NCBI GenBank assembly: GCA_008632985.1 | Contig: QPGO01000078.1 | Location: 186,001-250,000 of the forward strand | Reading direction: 5' to 3' | Length of the DNA stretch: 64,000 bases | Source of the DNA: Psammoneis japonica | Taxonomy: Eukaryota | Shown: piece by piece, positions 1 to 11,938 of the stretch | Layout: every line of letters begins with the position of its first letter | Position numbering within the stretch: position 1 is the stretch's first letter | The notes under the pieces: generated by a model | Told to the model about the DNA's origin: nothing | What the model saw: the letters and a program-made list of their open reading frames with translations, nothing else | Database searches by the model: none | Position numbers and translations under genes: made by a program

Positions 1-1972
1 AGACAAGCAACAAGCACACCACTGACCATCAGCCCAAGCTTGGACAGGAGACACACATCAAGTTCCACCACAGCACTTTGTGCAAGACATTCGCTGAGTT
101 GCTTCAACTGTCAAAGCAAAAGACCAGTTTTCTGTTTGTGGTGCCATCTCTTGGCATTTGTCATCTTCACTTTTGATTGTGCATGACAATCAGCAATGTG
201 AAAGAACTCCCATTCCAGCAACATCTCCCAGATGAACAGGGACTGTGACTTGCCACAGCATTTTGGTGACAATCCCTTGTTTGCTTGCAATTTGGTGGAA
301 CAAGAGAACATCAAGGCACAGTGGAGGCTGCCATGGTGGCCGTGGAGGAAAGGCATCATGGCAAGGTGACTGCAGCTTGCAAATGGTGCAAGGACATTTC
401 TCAGCACTTGGCTCATCCTGTGTTTTGGGACATCCCTCATGGCAGAGGAAAGCACAGCATTTTTGGCATGCTCCCCTGGGAACTGTTGCATGCCTTGCAC
501 TTGGGTCTTTGCAAGCACCTGCTTCATGGCTTCTTCAACCTGCGTCAAGTCCCAGAAAAAATGTTGTCATGGTGCCATGAACATCATGTGGCCGGGGACT
601 GCACAATGGACAAATGACCATCCATCACATTCAAGGAGCTCCCCAAGCTGTTTGAAAAAGCTGAGTTTGAGAGATGCTTCAGGGTTGTCACAGATGCGTC
701 CAGGAGACAAAGCCATTGGAAGATGCCAAGAACTCCATTTAAGACAGGAGTCACTGACCAGACTTGTCTTTCTGGCCAAGAGCATCCAGGTTTGTTGCTT
801 GTGACACTTGCTGCAATGAAAGGCATGCTGTCAAAAGAAGACAACAGCCACAAGCCACTGGAGAGTCACTTTGCCCACCTCATGTTCATGTCTTTGGGAT
901 TGGGTGCAACACTGTCCATGTCCTCCAACAAGGAAAGCTTTCTCACTTGGCTTCAGAAATGCCTTTTCAAGTGTCTCCAATTGTTTGAATTTGCAGTCAG
1001 CCTGTTCAGAGAGTGCCGCCCTTGCTCTGGACTTCACACATCCAAGTTCCACGGCCTTCTTCACTTTCTTTTTTATGTTTGTCAGTGCAGCAATGCCAGC
1101 AATTTTTTTGGTGGATTCTGTGAAGCTCTTCTCAAGATGCTGCTTTTGAAGCAACCTGCTAAAACCACAAGTCGTTGGCATGACAGGCTTGACCCAGATG
1201 TGACAAATTGCCACCATGAGGACCTTGTGGTCAGGGAATCAGAGAAGCATTTGCTGGAGGTGGGTTGGACCTGCAGCTGGATTCAAACTGCACAAATCTG
1301 TGTTGACAGCCACTTGTGCTGCAAAGGCAGGTCACACCAATGCCGCATGGTTTGTAAAATGTGGCAACAAACAGCTTGAGACACCGTCACATCCTTTTGT
1401 TCCTGGCCATTGTGGGAACAAGTGGGTGACCTCCTTGCCAGATCATGCTGATCAACATGAAGCTTTCCCTGTTGACATTGTCAATTTTCATTTTGGATGC
1501 AGTGCTCTGGGCCCAGCCAATGACAAATGACATTCTAGGATGCCACCCCAACTTTCACTCCTGTCCATGGGAATGCAGGAGTTGGCATGACTGGGCCATG
1601 ATGAACTGGGACAAGAATGAAACAAGCTGTTCTGCAGCAGCTTGTGTGTCGTTGTGGGCAACCTTTGAAAATGAAACAACAGAGTGCAGCAAATCCATGG
1701 TTTGTGCAATCCAATCACTTTGGAGCTTCACACCATCCAAAGATTTGCTGCTGACCTTTTTCATCATGGATGCAATGGAGTCAGAAATCAAAGTCAATGA
1801 TGCTTCTGACACATTGTCCGCTGTCTTTGGTCTTCCATTGATGAGGTCAGAACAAGACCCCTTTCCCAACAATTTAGAGGATGCTGCTCATTTTGTTGTT
1901 GTCCCACCAAGGATTGACTGGTGCAACATGACTTTGTCATCAATGGAGGAACATTTGGCCCCTCAAAATTAG
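1..1972 (+). mobile_element. Degenerate Plavaka-like DNA transposase relic (runs off the left edge)
   Basis: Fragments HPVFWDIPHGRGKHSIFGMLPWELLHALHLGLCKHLL (ORF 285..617), KFHGLLHFL...NFFGGFCEALLK...KQPAKTT (723..1379) and HPNF...SWHDWAMMNW (1445..1972) resemble Plavaka-type transposase motifs as I recall them. Sequence is almost devoid of TA and CG. Confidence 0.55.
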
Positions 1973-3162
1973 GAGGATTGCTGGTGAAGCATTGACAATT
2001 TAACAATCTGTTAATCCTGATGAAACTGCAACTGTCAAATCACTGCATTTCATTGTTTTTGTCCACTGTGTTCAAGGAAAGGCAGCCAGCAGACAACAAA
2101 GATTTGCTGCTGTCTGCAGGATGCTCAATGGACAGCAAGTCACACTCTGAGAATGTTTCTCTGCAATCAACAGTGGCTTTTGGTGAATCAATAAAGAGAA
2201 GTCCCATGAGAATTCTTGCAAGTGCAAGGCACCATTGCTGTTGTCTCCTTGCAATCATCACCCAATGATTCATCAAAGGACTGCTTGTTTTTTGTTTCCA
2301 GATGAAAGTCCTCTCTCATTGCAACAGCCTTCTTGGTGAAGACATTTGCAGTGCAGGCTGTGTTTGTGATTGACTTTCCTTTCTCATGGACAGCCGTGTC
2401 CACCTTCATCCCTTTGGAAAACAATGGAGATGTTGCCAAACACTCATTCACCATGTGTCACACAATGTCTGGAGCAAGGGGATTGTGTTCTTTCCCCAAT
2501 GTGCATTGCAGCTGGGGTGCAGCAAGCATCCCAGGCAATTGGCTTTGAGTTCTGATGTGACATGCTGAACCAACTTCAATTTTCCAATGCTTTTCTCCAA
2601 CAAGATGCCAAGCAACAACACATTTGTGTGACTGTTCCATGCAACTTGAACAATGTCCTTGTGTTGTTTCACCGCAAAGGCAACTTTGGGTGTCATGTGT
2701 TTTTCTTCCTGTCTTCTGGCTGCACCTGACTTCTGTGTTGCCAACACCACTGTGCAGCAGAAATGGTGACACATCAGCCAGTGCAATGCCCCTGTTCTTG
2801 GCTGGGTCCAGCATCTGCATTTGTTGTCAATTCTGTCCTGGTGCAAATCAAGTGTGTCATTCTTTGGGCTCCATGTCATGCTGCATTTGATGGTGGAGAA
2901 AGCATTGGCATCAACACCAAGAGGATCCAAACAACCAGGTTGCACATCAAAGTCTCCCACGAGTGTTTTCAGAACCCACCAAAACTGGTCAGTGCCTTTG
3001 AGTGCAGATTTTCTCTTGCCATCAGAAAGTTGGCTCAACACTGTTTCTGGCAATGGCTGTCCCTCCCTGTGCAACAAACAGTGAACCAGATTTGTGTGAC
3101 CTGGGAACAAGTCATCGCGACAAATGCTGAACTCTTTTTCCAATGTTGACTCCCCCCAAGGA

Positions 3163-3438
3163 TGACAGAAAATGAAGGCAAATGGCAAGAATTCAAACAA
3201 CAACTCCTTGCTGCTGTCTAAATGGCAGATGAGTCTCCGCTCAGAGACCGTCACAGGAGCCGAAGGACGTGCAAGTCGGCATAATCGGGCCACTGTTGTT
3301 ATTCTTGTGAGCCTTGTGGCTCAAAAGCAAACTACATCGCGCGCGAACGCGCGGAACTAAAGCACACAAAACTGTGCACGGTAAACTAAACAGCGCGCGA
3401 CACTTCGCGTGCATCCAAATCCTGTTCAAATCCTGTCA
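3163..3438 (-). repeat. 3' LTR (TpA-mutated copy)
   Basis: Aligns without gaps to 6331-6606 with 10 substitutions; TG...CA termini. Confidence 0.92.
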
Positions 3439-3445
3439 CTCCCCA
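3439..3445 (-). promoter_or_regulatory. Polypurine tract of the LTR element
   Basis: Plus-strand CTCCCCA reads TGGGGAG on minus, immediately before the 3' LTR. Confidence 0.65.
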
Positions 3446-3504
3446 GTTTGCTTGAGGAGTCACAGAAACAGATTCGACTTCGGATTGACTAAAGAACTTT
3501 GGAG

Positions 3505-5373
3505 TCAAAGCACCAAAACATGAGGAGACAAGAAAGGATCAAGATCCAAGAGCAACGTTGCATTCTCCAAGTGGGTCATCTTGAGATGAGCTGCGTCTCC
3601 CCAGTTGCAGATGCCGTTGTGCTTTTCAAAGCTCAAGGCACACTTGGGATCTTGTGGGATTCCACATCCGCACTTGCAATGGAAGGAGCAAAGCTTGGTC
3701 TGGTTGACAATGTTGAACGGCGGGGCAACATTGCAGGACAATGCAAACAAGTTGACATCGCCTTCACTTCCTGAGCGAAGGTCATAAAGACTGATGTCCG
3801 TCTGTTGGTTCTTGGGACAGTTGCCACACTGGGCTGCTGCTAGAAAAACAGAGCAGTGCTCGTGCAGGGTGGCATGGTGTTTGCACGACTCGGGGAACAG
3901 AGCAAGCATGAGTTCAAAGGCACAAGCAGTGGTCTTGTGTTCCACCAATCCGATTGCAAGCTCAGCTGCATCTCCTGAGAGACTGATCCAATTGGAGAAA
4001 CGAGTCTCAAGGTGCAAGCCTTCGGGGATCGGATTGGAGCAAGACATCTTGTGGTGCAAGGCTGCAGATGTCTGATTGGGGCAACCAGTCCCGTGCTGCA
4101 AGACTTCTGGGATCCAAAAGGACTTGCCAGTCTTGTGACACGAGTCTTCGGGGATCCAATCAGGAGGCCAAGTCTTGAGGTGCGAGACTTGGGGGATCCA
4201 ATCAGGAGGCCGAGTCTCGTGGTGCAAGACTTGCCGAGTCTTGAGGCATGAGATGTGGAGGATCCAATTGGGAGGCCCGGTCTTGAGGCACGAGACGTGG
4301 AGAGTCCAGTTGGGAGGCCTGGTCTCAAGGCACGAGACTTGGGGCATCCGATCAGGAGGCCCAGTCTCGATGTACGACACTTGGGGCATCCAATCAGGAG
4401 GCCCAGTCTCGAGGTGCGAGACTTGGGACATCCAATCAGGAGACCTGGTCTCGAGGTACGAGACTTGGGGCATCCAATCAGGAGGCTCAGTCTCTAGGTA
4501 CGAGACTTGAGGCATCCAATCAGGAGGCCTGGTCTCATGGTGCGATGCTTGGAGGATCCGAAGACAACAAAGCTGCTTGGATGTCCTGAACTCCCCATCT
4601 GATGAACCGGTTGAACTGTTGTGAACAGATTCAATGACGGGAAAAGGAGGCTCCCCATCAGGAGATGCAAGAAGCAAGTTGTCATCTCCATCACCTCCCA
4701 AATGAAGGCTGTGAAGGGTGACAGCGGTCGACACGTGGAGGTTGGCAGCAAGTGGTTTGCGGGGTGCAAAGGCTGTAGCTTTGGAAGCCATGGGTGGAGT
4801 GTCCCAACTGGTCTCGAAGTGCGGGTCTGTGCAAGGGCTGCAATCCTGCACTGGGCCGAGGTTGCTTGCAGGCGGGTTGGTCAAGACATGCGGGGCGCGA
4901 CTGACACCACTTCTAGGGGACACCTGAGTGGTGGCACAGTGCAAGGCTGGTGTCAAAATGGCACTGGGTTCACCTGGTTTGGATGGCAAGGGACTCGGCA
5001 CAGGTGCGGAGGGTGCTGTGCCAGTGGCTAGAGAGGTCAAGTGGTCCGGACCAAGGCGGCAGTTGCAAAATTCCTCGGGTGTGAGCAACTGGGGTTCATT
5101 GGTCACATCATCACCGTTGCAAACTTTGACAAAGTAGAAGCTGATCAAAGCTGCTAGGAGGTTTCTGTGGGTCCGTGGCAAAGGCACTACATTGGCGCCG
5201 TCTCTGCAAGTGAGGGCGTCAATTTGGGTGGGTGAAAACGTGAGCAATTCCTCGCACGATTCAATCCCGTTGATGGACAGGGCAGAACGAAGAGGGCTGT
5301 CATTGTCTTGATTGAGCACAGTGCCTAGAATGTATTTGAAGCTTTCGGTTTGTTGCTGTCGCGTGAGAACCAT
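3505..5373 (-). pseudogene. Gag-like ORF fused to 14-aa repeats and a residual pre-RT pol motif
   Basis: N-terminus MVLTRQQQTESFKYILGTVLNQDNDSPLRSALSINGI resembles CoDi gag. KCGCGIPQDPKCALSFEKHNGICNWGDA resembles the KxGYEIPxxYxxALxxDxxNGNxxWxDA segment preceding copia RT, with Y->C changes. Confidence 0.65.
3990..4540. repeat. 42-bp tandem repeat array (about 13 units, ETxPPDWxPQVSxL on minus)
   Basis: Recurrent GAGACTTGGGGCATCCAATCAGGAGGCC units; divergence increases toward lower coordinates. Confidence 0.9.
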
Positions 5374-6313
5374 GACGGAGGACGGTGCAGCAGAAACAAA
5401 AGACAAGATCCAATCTAGAGCGCGATCTTGACTCGGAGTTTTGACTTGGAACTTGGCTTGAAAAAGACTTGACTTGAGCTAGACTTGACTTGAAATCTTG
5501 GACCATCTTAAAATCAGAAGTGGCCGGGTTGTGCTGTCCCGTTCGTTGTTGAGTGCTAAACTTCCCATCCGGTCCGTAGAGTTGTGCCGGCACGTCCGAA
5601 CCCGCAGCTGGTGGCGCTTTGGGTTGCTTGCGAGCGGAGCAGCGGGTTGTAAACCCCTGCAGGTGAGCTGACCAGAGGTGGACAAGACCCCCGAACCGTT
5701 CTCATTTTATGTCGGTTGGATTTCCCGATCAGGCTGGCCAGTTGACGCAGGCGTTGGGCGCTGTGGACGAACGAACAAACGCGGGAAAAACACCCTCGCC
5801 CCAATGCAGGCTGTGGTCACGGCTGCTTGCTCTCACAGTCGTCCTCGTGGACCTAGTAGAACTGTAGAGCACCAGTAGTCCGGGGTAGATCAGGTGCAAT
5901 GGACTCGGTGTGCTTGTAGAGTGGCAGCAAAACCGCAATCCGAAGAGTGGGTACAAGTTCTTGGCCGTGAAGATATGTATATATATATATGTCTTCAGCG
6001 ACGAAGGTCCTTGAATATGTAGGGTTCTTGACCGTTAACCGATGAATGGGTATATCAAGGGATGAGGATCAAGGATAGACTTGGATATGACCGTTGAATG
6101 TATGTCTTCAGCGATCAAAGGTAGTATAATCAATCCAGATATCCAGCGGTAAGGAGACTTGACGGTGACGTTAACTTCCTGCCGATGCCCTGGTATTGAA
6201 TGCGCGTAGACTTGCCGATGTATGTAGGATATATACAGAGGTCCACGTAGAATTGAAATAGCGTCGTTGGTAAATCAACGACGACGATGGCGGTTGCTCA
6301 ATGGGTTGACAAT

Positions 6314-6330
6314 GAGCAAGACTGTTAATC
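6314..6330 (-). promoter_or_regulatory. Putative primer-binding site complementary to a tRNA-Asn(GTT) anticodon arm
   Basis: Directly abuts the 5' LTR; plus strand GCAAGACTGTTAATC has the CT-GTT-AA anticodon-loop pattern. Confidence 0.5.
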
Positions 6331-6606
6331 TGACAGAAAATGAAGGCAAATGGCAAGAATTCAAACAATAACTCCTTACTGCTGTCTAAATAGCAGATGA
6401 GTCTCCGCTCAGAGACCGTTACAGGAGCCGAAGGACGTGTAAGTCGGTATAATCGGGCTACTGTTATTATTCTTGTGAGCCTTGTGGCTCGAAAGCAAAC
6501 TACATCGCGCGCGAACGCGCGGAACTAAAGCACACAAAACTGTGCACGGTAAACTAAACAGCGCGCGATACTTCGCGTGCATCCAAATCCTGTTCAAATC
6601 CTGTCA
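6331..6606 (-). repeat. 5' LTR (TpA-retaining copy)
   Basis: Direct repeat of 3163-3438 that retains 9 TA dinucleotides lost in the other LTR. Confidence 0.92.
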
Positions 6607-9340
6607 AGGAGTGTGGTGGCAAATCTGCATGAGACTCTGCCAGTGCTGCCAAATTTGTTTTAATCAGTGGCTTGCCCATCACTTGACACCAGTTTGCCAA
6701 TGTTGCAGAATCAATTTCCGAGGCTTTCCACACTTTGTCAGATGGCCACACACACTTGAGTTCTTTGTGTGTTTGTTCAAGGTGGCACTCCAACAGAGCA
6801 GTGTCCACAGCCAAACTTGGCAACAACAGTTTGCTTGTGCCTTCTGTTGTTTGTTCATTTCCCTTGTGGCGCTTCAAAGGACATTGTTGGCATGGGACGG
6901 AGGAGGAGAACGGTTTGACATTGATGTTGAAGGTCAGGCTGTGTGATGATTTAGGTGGAGATGCCAATTTGGGCTTGCACAGCTCTTTCTGTCTGTTTGA
7001 TGGAATTTTGTTGTTCATTTTGGGAGAAGTGAATTGCATTGTGTGTTTCACAATGTGCACCAATGAGGTGTTGTGAGCAACCTTGTTCTGGAGATTGACA
7101 ATTTGGTGTTTTGTGATTTTAGTCACAACACAACATTTCAATTTGGAGCTTGCTGTGGCAATTCATTCATTGTGGAAAGACATTGATCCTCGGCAATGTT
7201 GCAACTCTCTCTTCAATCTTCATGAGCAAGGAACAATCTGTGGCATCATCATTGTTGATTCAATGTCTCAGAACATTCCAAATGGAATGTTTGCGATGGC
7301 CACATGGTTCAACACCATGCAGAAAGGCCAGCACAAACACCACAAACACAATGTCAACAGCAACAAATGGAGCACAGACCAGCTCATGAGTGACTCAGAA
7401 TTGCCGCAGCTCATTCAATGACTTTGCCACCCTCAAATAGACAGGGAACAAATTCTTGTAGAGGAACGCAATGTCTTTGATGATCTGCTGCAAAGGGGTG
7501 TTGCTCAGATGCAGTGTCCATCAGGGAGAGTCACACCTCTGCCCAGTGCTCCATTTGCTCATGCGGATGCAACCAGCATTTCCCTGGAGACCATGTCTTC
7601 ATAAGAACTGAATTGGGCATGTGCTCATGTGCAAAGCAACTCCAGCAGACAGGGCCATGGTTGTGGATCAGGCATCTCCAAGCTGAGTGCACTTTGGGAC
7701 ATGCAATGGTTGCAGCACCTGGAGGCATCCATTGAACATCAGGTCACTTGCTCAAGCAGAGGTGGACTCCAGTGTGAACATCACATGGGATCTTAACTGC
7801 AACCATCCAAAGGTTGTTTTGTTCTTGCTGGCAATCTTTGCACACAGACATCTGGACAGTGACCTGAGATGCAAAGGAAGGCGGGCAACGGGGAAGGGCA
7901 CAAAGGCAAGCTGAAGCAATGCATGAGACAAAATTGTAAGAAAAACAAGACATGTGTAAAAACTGATCATTGGCACAAAGCTTTGTCCAGTTGCAGGCAA
8001 CATTTTGGCTGACTAAACAGAAGGAATGTGTGTGATCATTGGAGGATGATGTTGTTGCCTGGTGCAGACTGTTGTGGAGAGAGTGAGAGTGGTGGCAAGG
8101 GAGAACACAGGGATCAAAACATCAAACCCTTTGGGTCAATTGTGGTGCACATTTGTTGTGCATTGGAGAATGCAGACCACCATGCAGAGCAGCAACCCTC
8201 TCATTTTTGAAAACACTTGTCGGCATCACAACATCATGACAAGCTTGTGCAGTGATTTCGTCACTTCCTTTTGAGCCTCTGCATTGCTTTTTGTTTCATT
8301 GCATTTGCTTTTTTTTGAAGAAAGGTCTGCACTCTTCATTGCACAAAGATTCAAAGTGCAAAAAGAGCTGCCCTCTGCAATTGCCAACTTGCTTGGTCAG
8401 AAAATCCAGATGGAAGCTCATGTGCATGCACATGATTTTTGTGCACATTCCTGAGCAGCTGCACACTGTAGACAGGGCATCTTGAGCAAATGTTGGGAAA
8501 GAAGGGTGGAATGAGGTCAGCAAGCAACCACCATTTTGCCAGCTGCAATGCTGGTGTGGCAATCTTGCAAAACTTTGCTTGTGTGGCTGTGGCCCTCCCC
8601 ACTGGCTGCTGGCTTGGTTGACAAGAGCAACCCAAAATTGTGCTGGAAGACATGTTAAAAGCACTTCAATGCCATGCAAGCTCAGGCAGGTGCAGTGATG
8701 GAGTTCATCAGAGAGAATGTCCACAGTTTGAAGGAGAGGGAGTGAGGTGCTGCAAGCTGCTCACCAGTCTTGTGTGTTTGATGGACGCCATTCTTTCCTC
8801 TGGAATGTGTCTTGCAATCTGGCCACTTGCTCGACTCAGGCATTCTTCGCCAGCACGAAGAAGAAAACAAGCAACCTCTGAATTGGACAGCTCAGATGGG
8901 ATCTCACATGTGCAGGCAGTGGTGGGAGTGAACTTTGGGAGGATCATGACACTTTGGTTCACAGGCACGATGTCGACTCTAGAAAGTCTTCCCAGCAGCA
9001 TTGCGCAGAAGCAGAGTTGACCGTGACACACAACAAACGTCAGGAGCATTTGGCGAAAGATCAAGGAGTCTCATCAGATGCATCAGCAGAACACAAGACA
9101 TTTTCAACCACCAGAAGGCAGAATTAGATCGCCATGGTTCGCCCCAGATTGAAAGAAAGTTTGAAGGAAGCAAAAAGATTGGCCCTTCGCAGCACTCACG
9201 CCATTGCCAGCTGTTTCCGTTGGGCATCTCTGTCTGGTGGAGGTGCCACAACTGGCCAATCGCACTGTCTTCTGTCACACACCTGGCGGGGTGTGCTGGA
9301 AGTGTGGATTAGCCGGCCCCGGGGTTGCAGGGCAAAGGCG
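6607..9340. other. Heavily decayed TA/CG-depleted repeat-like block, family not assignable
   Basis: Very few TA or CG dinucleotides, Cys/His-rich broken ORFs; continuous with 1973-3162 across the LTR insertion. Confidence 0.5.
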
Positions 9341-9899
9341 TAACAGCACTTTAAATTAGGTCTGCTTTTTTTTTTGCTGCCAGTCTCGTGGCGGCTGGTT
9401 TTGTCACTTCTGGAGCGGAGGCGGGCTGGTCGCTTCGAGTCCCGTTGAAGTCGCTTCTACGGGACTCAGTTTTATTTAAATATAAGTATACTAAGTACAA
9501 TAATACAAAATATAGCTGCGCCAGCGACATCTAATGTATCATGCTGTACCCTATCAAAGAATCATGATTAGCCATAAAAGTTGAATGTGGTCGCGGATCA
9601 ATCCTAAACTATGTTAGTTATTGAGGATGAAATTCAATGAATTCAATTGTCATTTAATATTAATATAATATTTTAATATAATTTGTCAACTTGACTATCG
9701 AAAGTACACTGAGTTTATGAGACCCCCAAAATCTCCTCATTTTTTCACTTTCTTTTTTCAGTCTTGTCAAGTAAAGTTCACCTCTTCGTTGGAAAAACAT
9801 CGATCTACTCGTACAGTATGTCGTGAGCTTGTTTCGTGACATCTGACAACTCTACAGGGTCAAGTTGAAAATCACTTTCACGCCTGGAACGCAAGTAAA

Positions 9900-10907
9900 A
9901 TGCTTATCGAAGCTGGGGTTGCAATTGAGCGCCCAATAAGTAGCAATACGTGTTTGTCCGTTTCTGCGACACCTGGCGGCGATGAAGCCCTGATTGAACT
10001 TGCCGATGAGCACGTCGAGGAAGATCGGCTTTTGGATGCAGCCCGGGTCCTCGAGAAAATCCGAAACAAGACTCTCCTAGAAGAACGACACGTCGCCGTC
10101 GTGAACAAGGTCGAGACCATTAAGAAGAATGTGGCGGACCATGACTACCATATTTGGACCAAGCAGTTTGAGTCTCACAAGCGCTATGACACCAGAACGT
10201 CTTTTCGTGTTCACGGAGAGAGCAAGCGGAATCGTCTCATCACCACTCGCATTGAAACTGCCATTGACCCGTCTCTACTCATCCCGCTCCTAGCTGTGTT
10301 GGGCGAAACGGAGCTGTACGAAACTTGGATGCCTCGCTTCGAAAAACCCTTCAAACCAGGTTTGGCGAGTGTCAGCAAAGTTAAAGAATTCGGAAGCCGT
10401 TCACCGAGTCAGATTGTCTCTCTGAAAATCCAAATGCCCTGGCCACTGTGGACTCACGAGCTGCTTCTGGATGTGCGAGCTTGCGATGACATTGATTCGA
10501 CCCGGCAAATTATGGTCAAACTGGACGGGATGAAAATGTGCGGTTCGGCACCACCAGTCGATTGCAACGTCGAGAGGGTGGATTTTGACGGCGGATTTCT
10601 CTTTCGAAAATGCCCTCCCAATCACCCAATTCTTGTCAATTCGAAACGACCGCACTCCTCCAGGCAGAATCTGGTGCTGGTCTCAATGACGGCGACAGGC
10701 GTCTCGACTATTGTAGTTCCTTGGGCCGTCCATCGCGTGGCCTGGGGACGTATGTGGTCCAAGCTGCTGCACGAGGCAGAGGAAGTGCGAGATGGGAAGC
10801 GTCTCAAACACAAGGAGGCCATTCAGCTGAAGAAAGAGATGTACGACTGGGTTGAAAGGCGCGTCGGAGTCATGCTGCAAAGCAGTGTCGGAAGCTGCTG
10901 CAATTAG
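9900..10907 (+). CDS. START/Bet v1-like lipid-binding domain protein (algal family)
   Basis: Intact 335-aa ORF with normal composition; LLAVLGETELYETWMP...QMPWPLWTHE resembles START-like domains. Confidence 0.6.
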   Translation: MLIEAGVAIERPISSNTCLSVSATPGGDEALIELADEHVEEDRLLDAARVLEKIRNKTLLEERHVAVVNKVETIKKNVADHDYHIWTKQFESHKRYDTRTSFRVHGESKRNRLITTRIETAIDPSLLIPLLAVLGETELYETWMPRFEKPFKPGLASVSKVKEFGSRSPSQIVSLKIQMPWPLWTHELLLDVRACDDIDSTRQIMVKLDGMKMCGSAPPVDCNVERVDFDGGFLFRKCPPNHPILVNSKRPHSSRQNLVLVSMTATGVSTIVVPWAVHRVAWGRMWSKLLHEAEEVRDGKRLKHKEAIQLKKEMYDWVERRVGVMLQSSVGSCCN

Positions 10908-11938
10908 CATGTATCAGTAGACGGATTGCCTAGGTGCTTCTAGGTACGCTTTAGTTGATGGGTAACAGATCTCTCAAGATTAGCTTTAGAGAGATAGTAG
11001 ATGTTTACATATACAGCTGGGGCTCTACTCTATGTTTTTCCGTGTCATTTTTTACAACAACGTGACGGAGAAGAGAAAAGAGATACTTCAGCGACCCACA
11101 AGGACGAATTAACTGCCACTTCCATAGGGCAGATATAACGGATGATTTTGGATACGACCCATGTCGTAGCCTTCCTCCTCATCAAAGTGACGACTAAGAA
11201 AGTGTTCCACATGCCCAGCCGTTTCATTTGTTGTACTCTGACGAAAGACTCCATGACGAGCCTTCCAAAATTACAAGTTCATAGACACGTTCATAGGCGG
11301 ACGAAAGTTCCAGATTAGAAGCTCCTAGACACCGAGACAATGCGTCGTCGGTGTTTGTCTACGTAGTATATTTTATCGATCTCACCGAGTCGAACACAGT
11401 TTGGAAGCGGCAGAAAGGAGTAAATAACATGAACCATGAGAGGCACATTGTCTCTCATCGAATTTGGTTATGCTTTGGGATCATCCAGGGCATCCGCAGC
11501 AACAGTGTTGACGATGCTCTGGCCCTGGTCATCTTCCTGGCTTGCTCACTACAAGCGTTTCTGGGGCTGCTCCTGAAACGTGTTGTCCTCCATTTTCCCT
11601 CTCTCTCTCTCTCTCGTCTGTATCTCTTTTTGGTACTTCTACTCCACCCGGAGTTTTTGAGTTTCTCTACAGCCTCCTGCAAGAAGAAAGTCGAAAACTG
11701 TAACTACTAGTACTAGCTGGCTAGCTAGCTAGAGAGTCTAGAGAGCCATCTTTCGCTTTCCGGCAACGTGATGCGCGCTTCGTAGTCTTAATTAGGAGAT
11801 GAGTATTATTACGAGATTGCTGACAATTTAAAACCCATAGACTGCGCAAGAGGCTGTTATTGGATTTGTTGCGACGATGCGATCAAGTCAATAAGCTATG
11901 TAGTTGCCATCAAAAGTCTCGCGGTTTTCTTTTTCGCT

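Larger units (their letters stand above)
3163..6606 (-). mobile_element. Non-autonomous, internally deleted Ty1/copia (diatom CoDi-like) LTR retrotransposon
   Basis: 276-bp direct repeats bounded by TGACAG...CTGTCA, with AGGA duplicated on both flanks (3159-3162, 6607-6610). PPT-like TGGGGAG precedes the 3' LTR on the minus strand. Gag-like N-terminus present, but no RT, integrase or RNase H. Confidence 0.85.

Noticed and set aside
3990..4540. Regularly spaced repeats resembling a CRISPR array
   Set aside because: Units are contiguous 42-bp coding tandem repeats without unique spacers; eukaryotic context, no cas genes.
3163..6606. Classical fungal RIP (CA->TA) as the explanation of LTR differences
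   Set aside because: Repeats are TA-poor rather than TA-rich, stops are lost rather than gained, and TTAA TSDs became TTGA.
11045..11700. Short minus-strand ORFs downstream of tag
   Set aside because: No coherent gene model or motif could be assembled.
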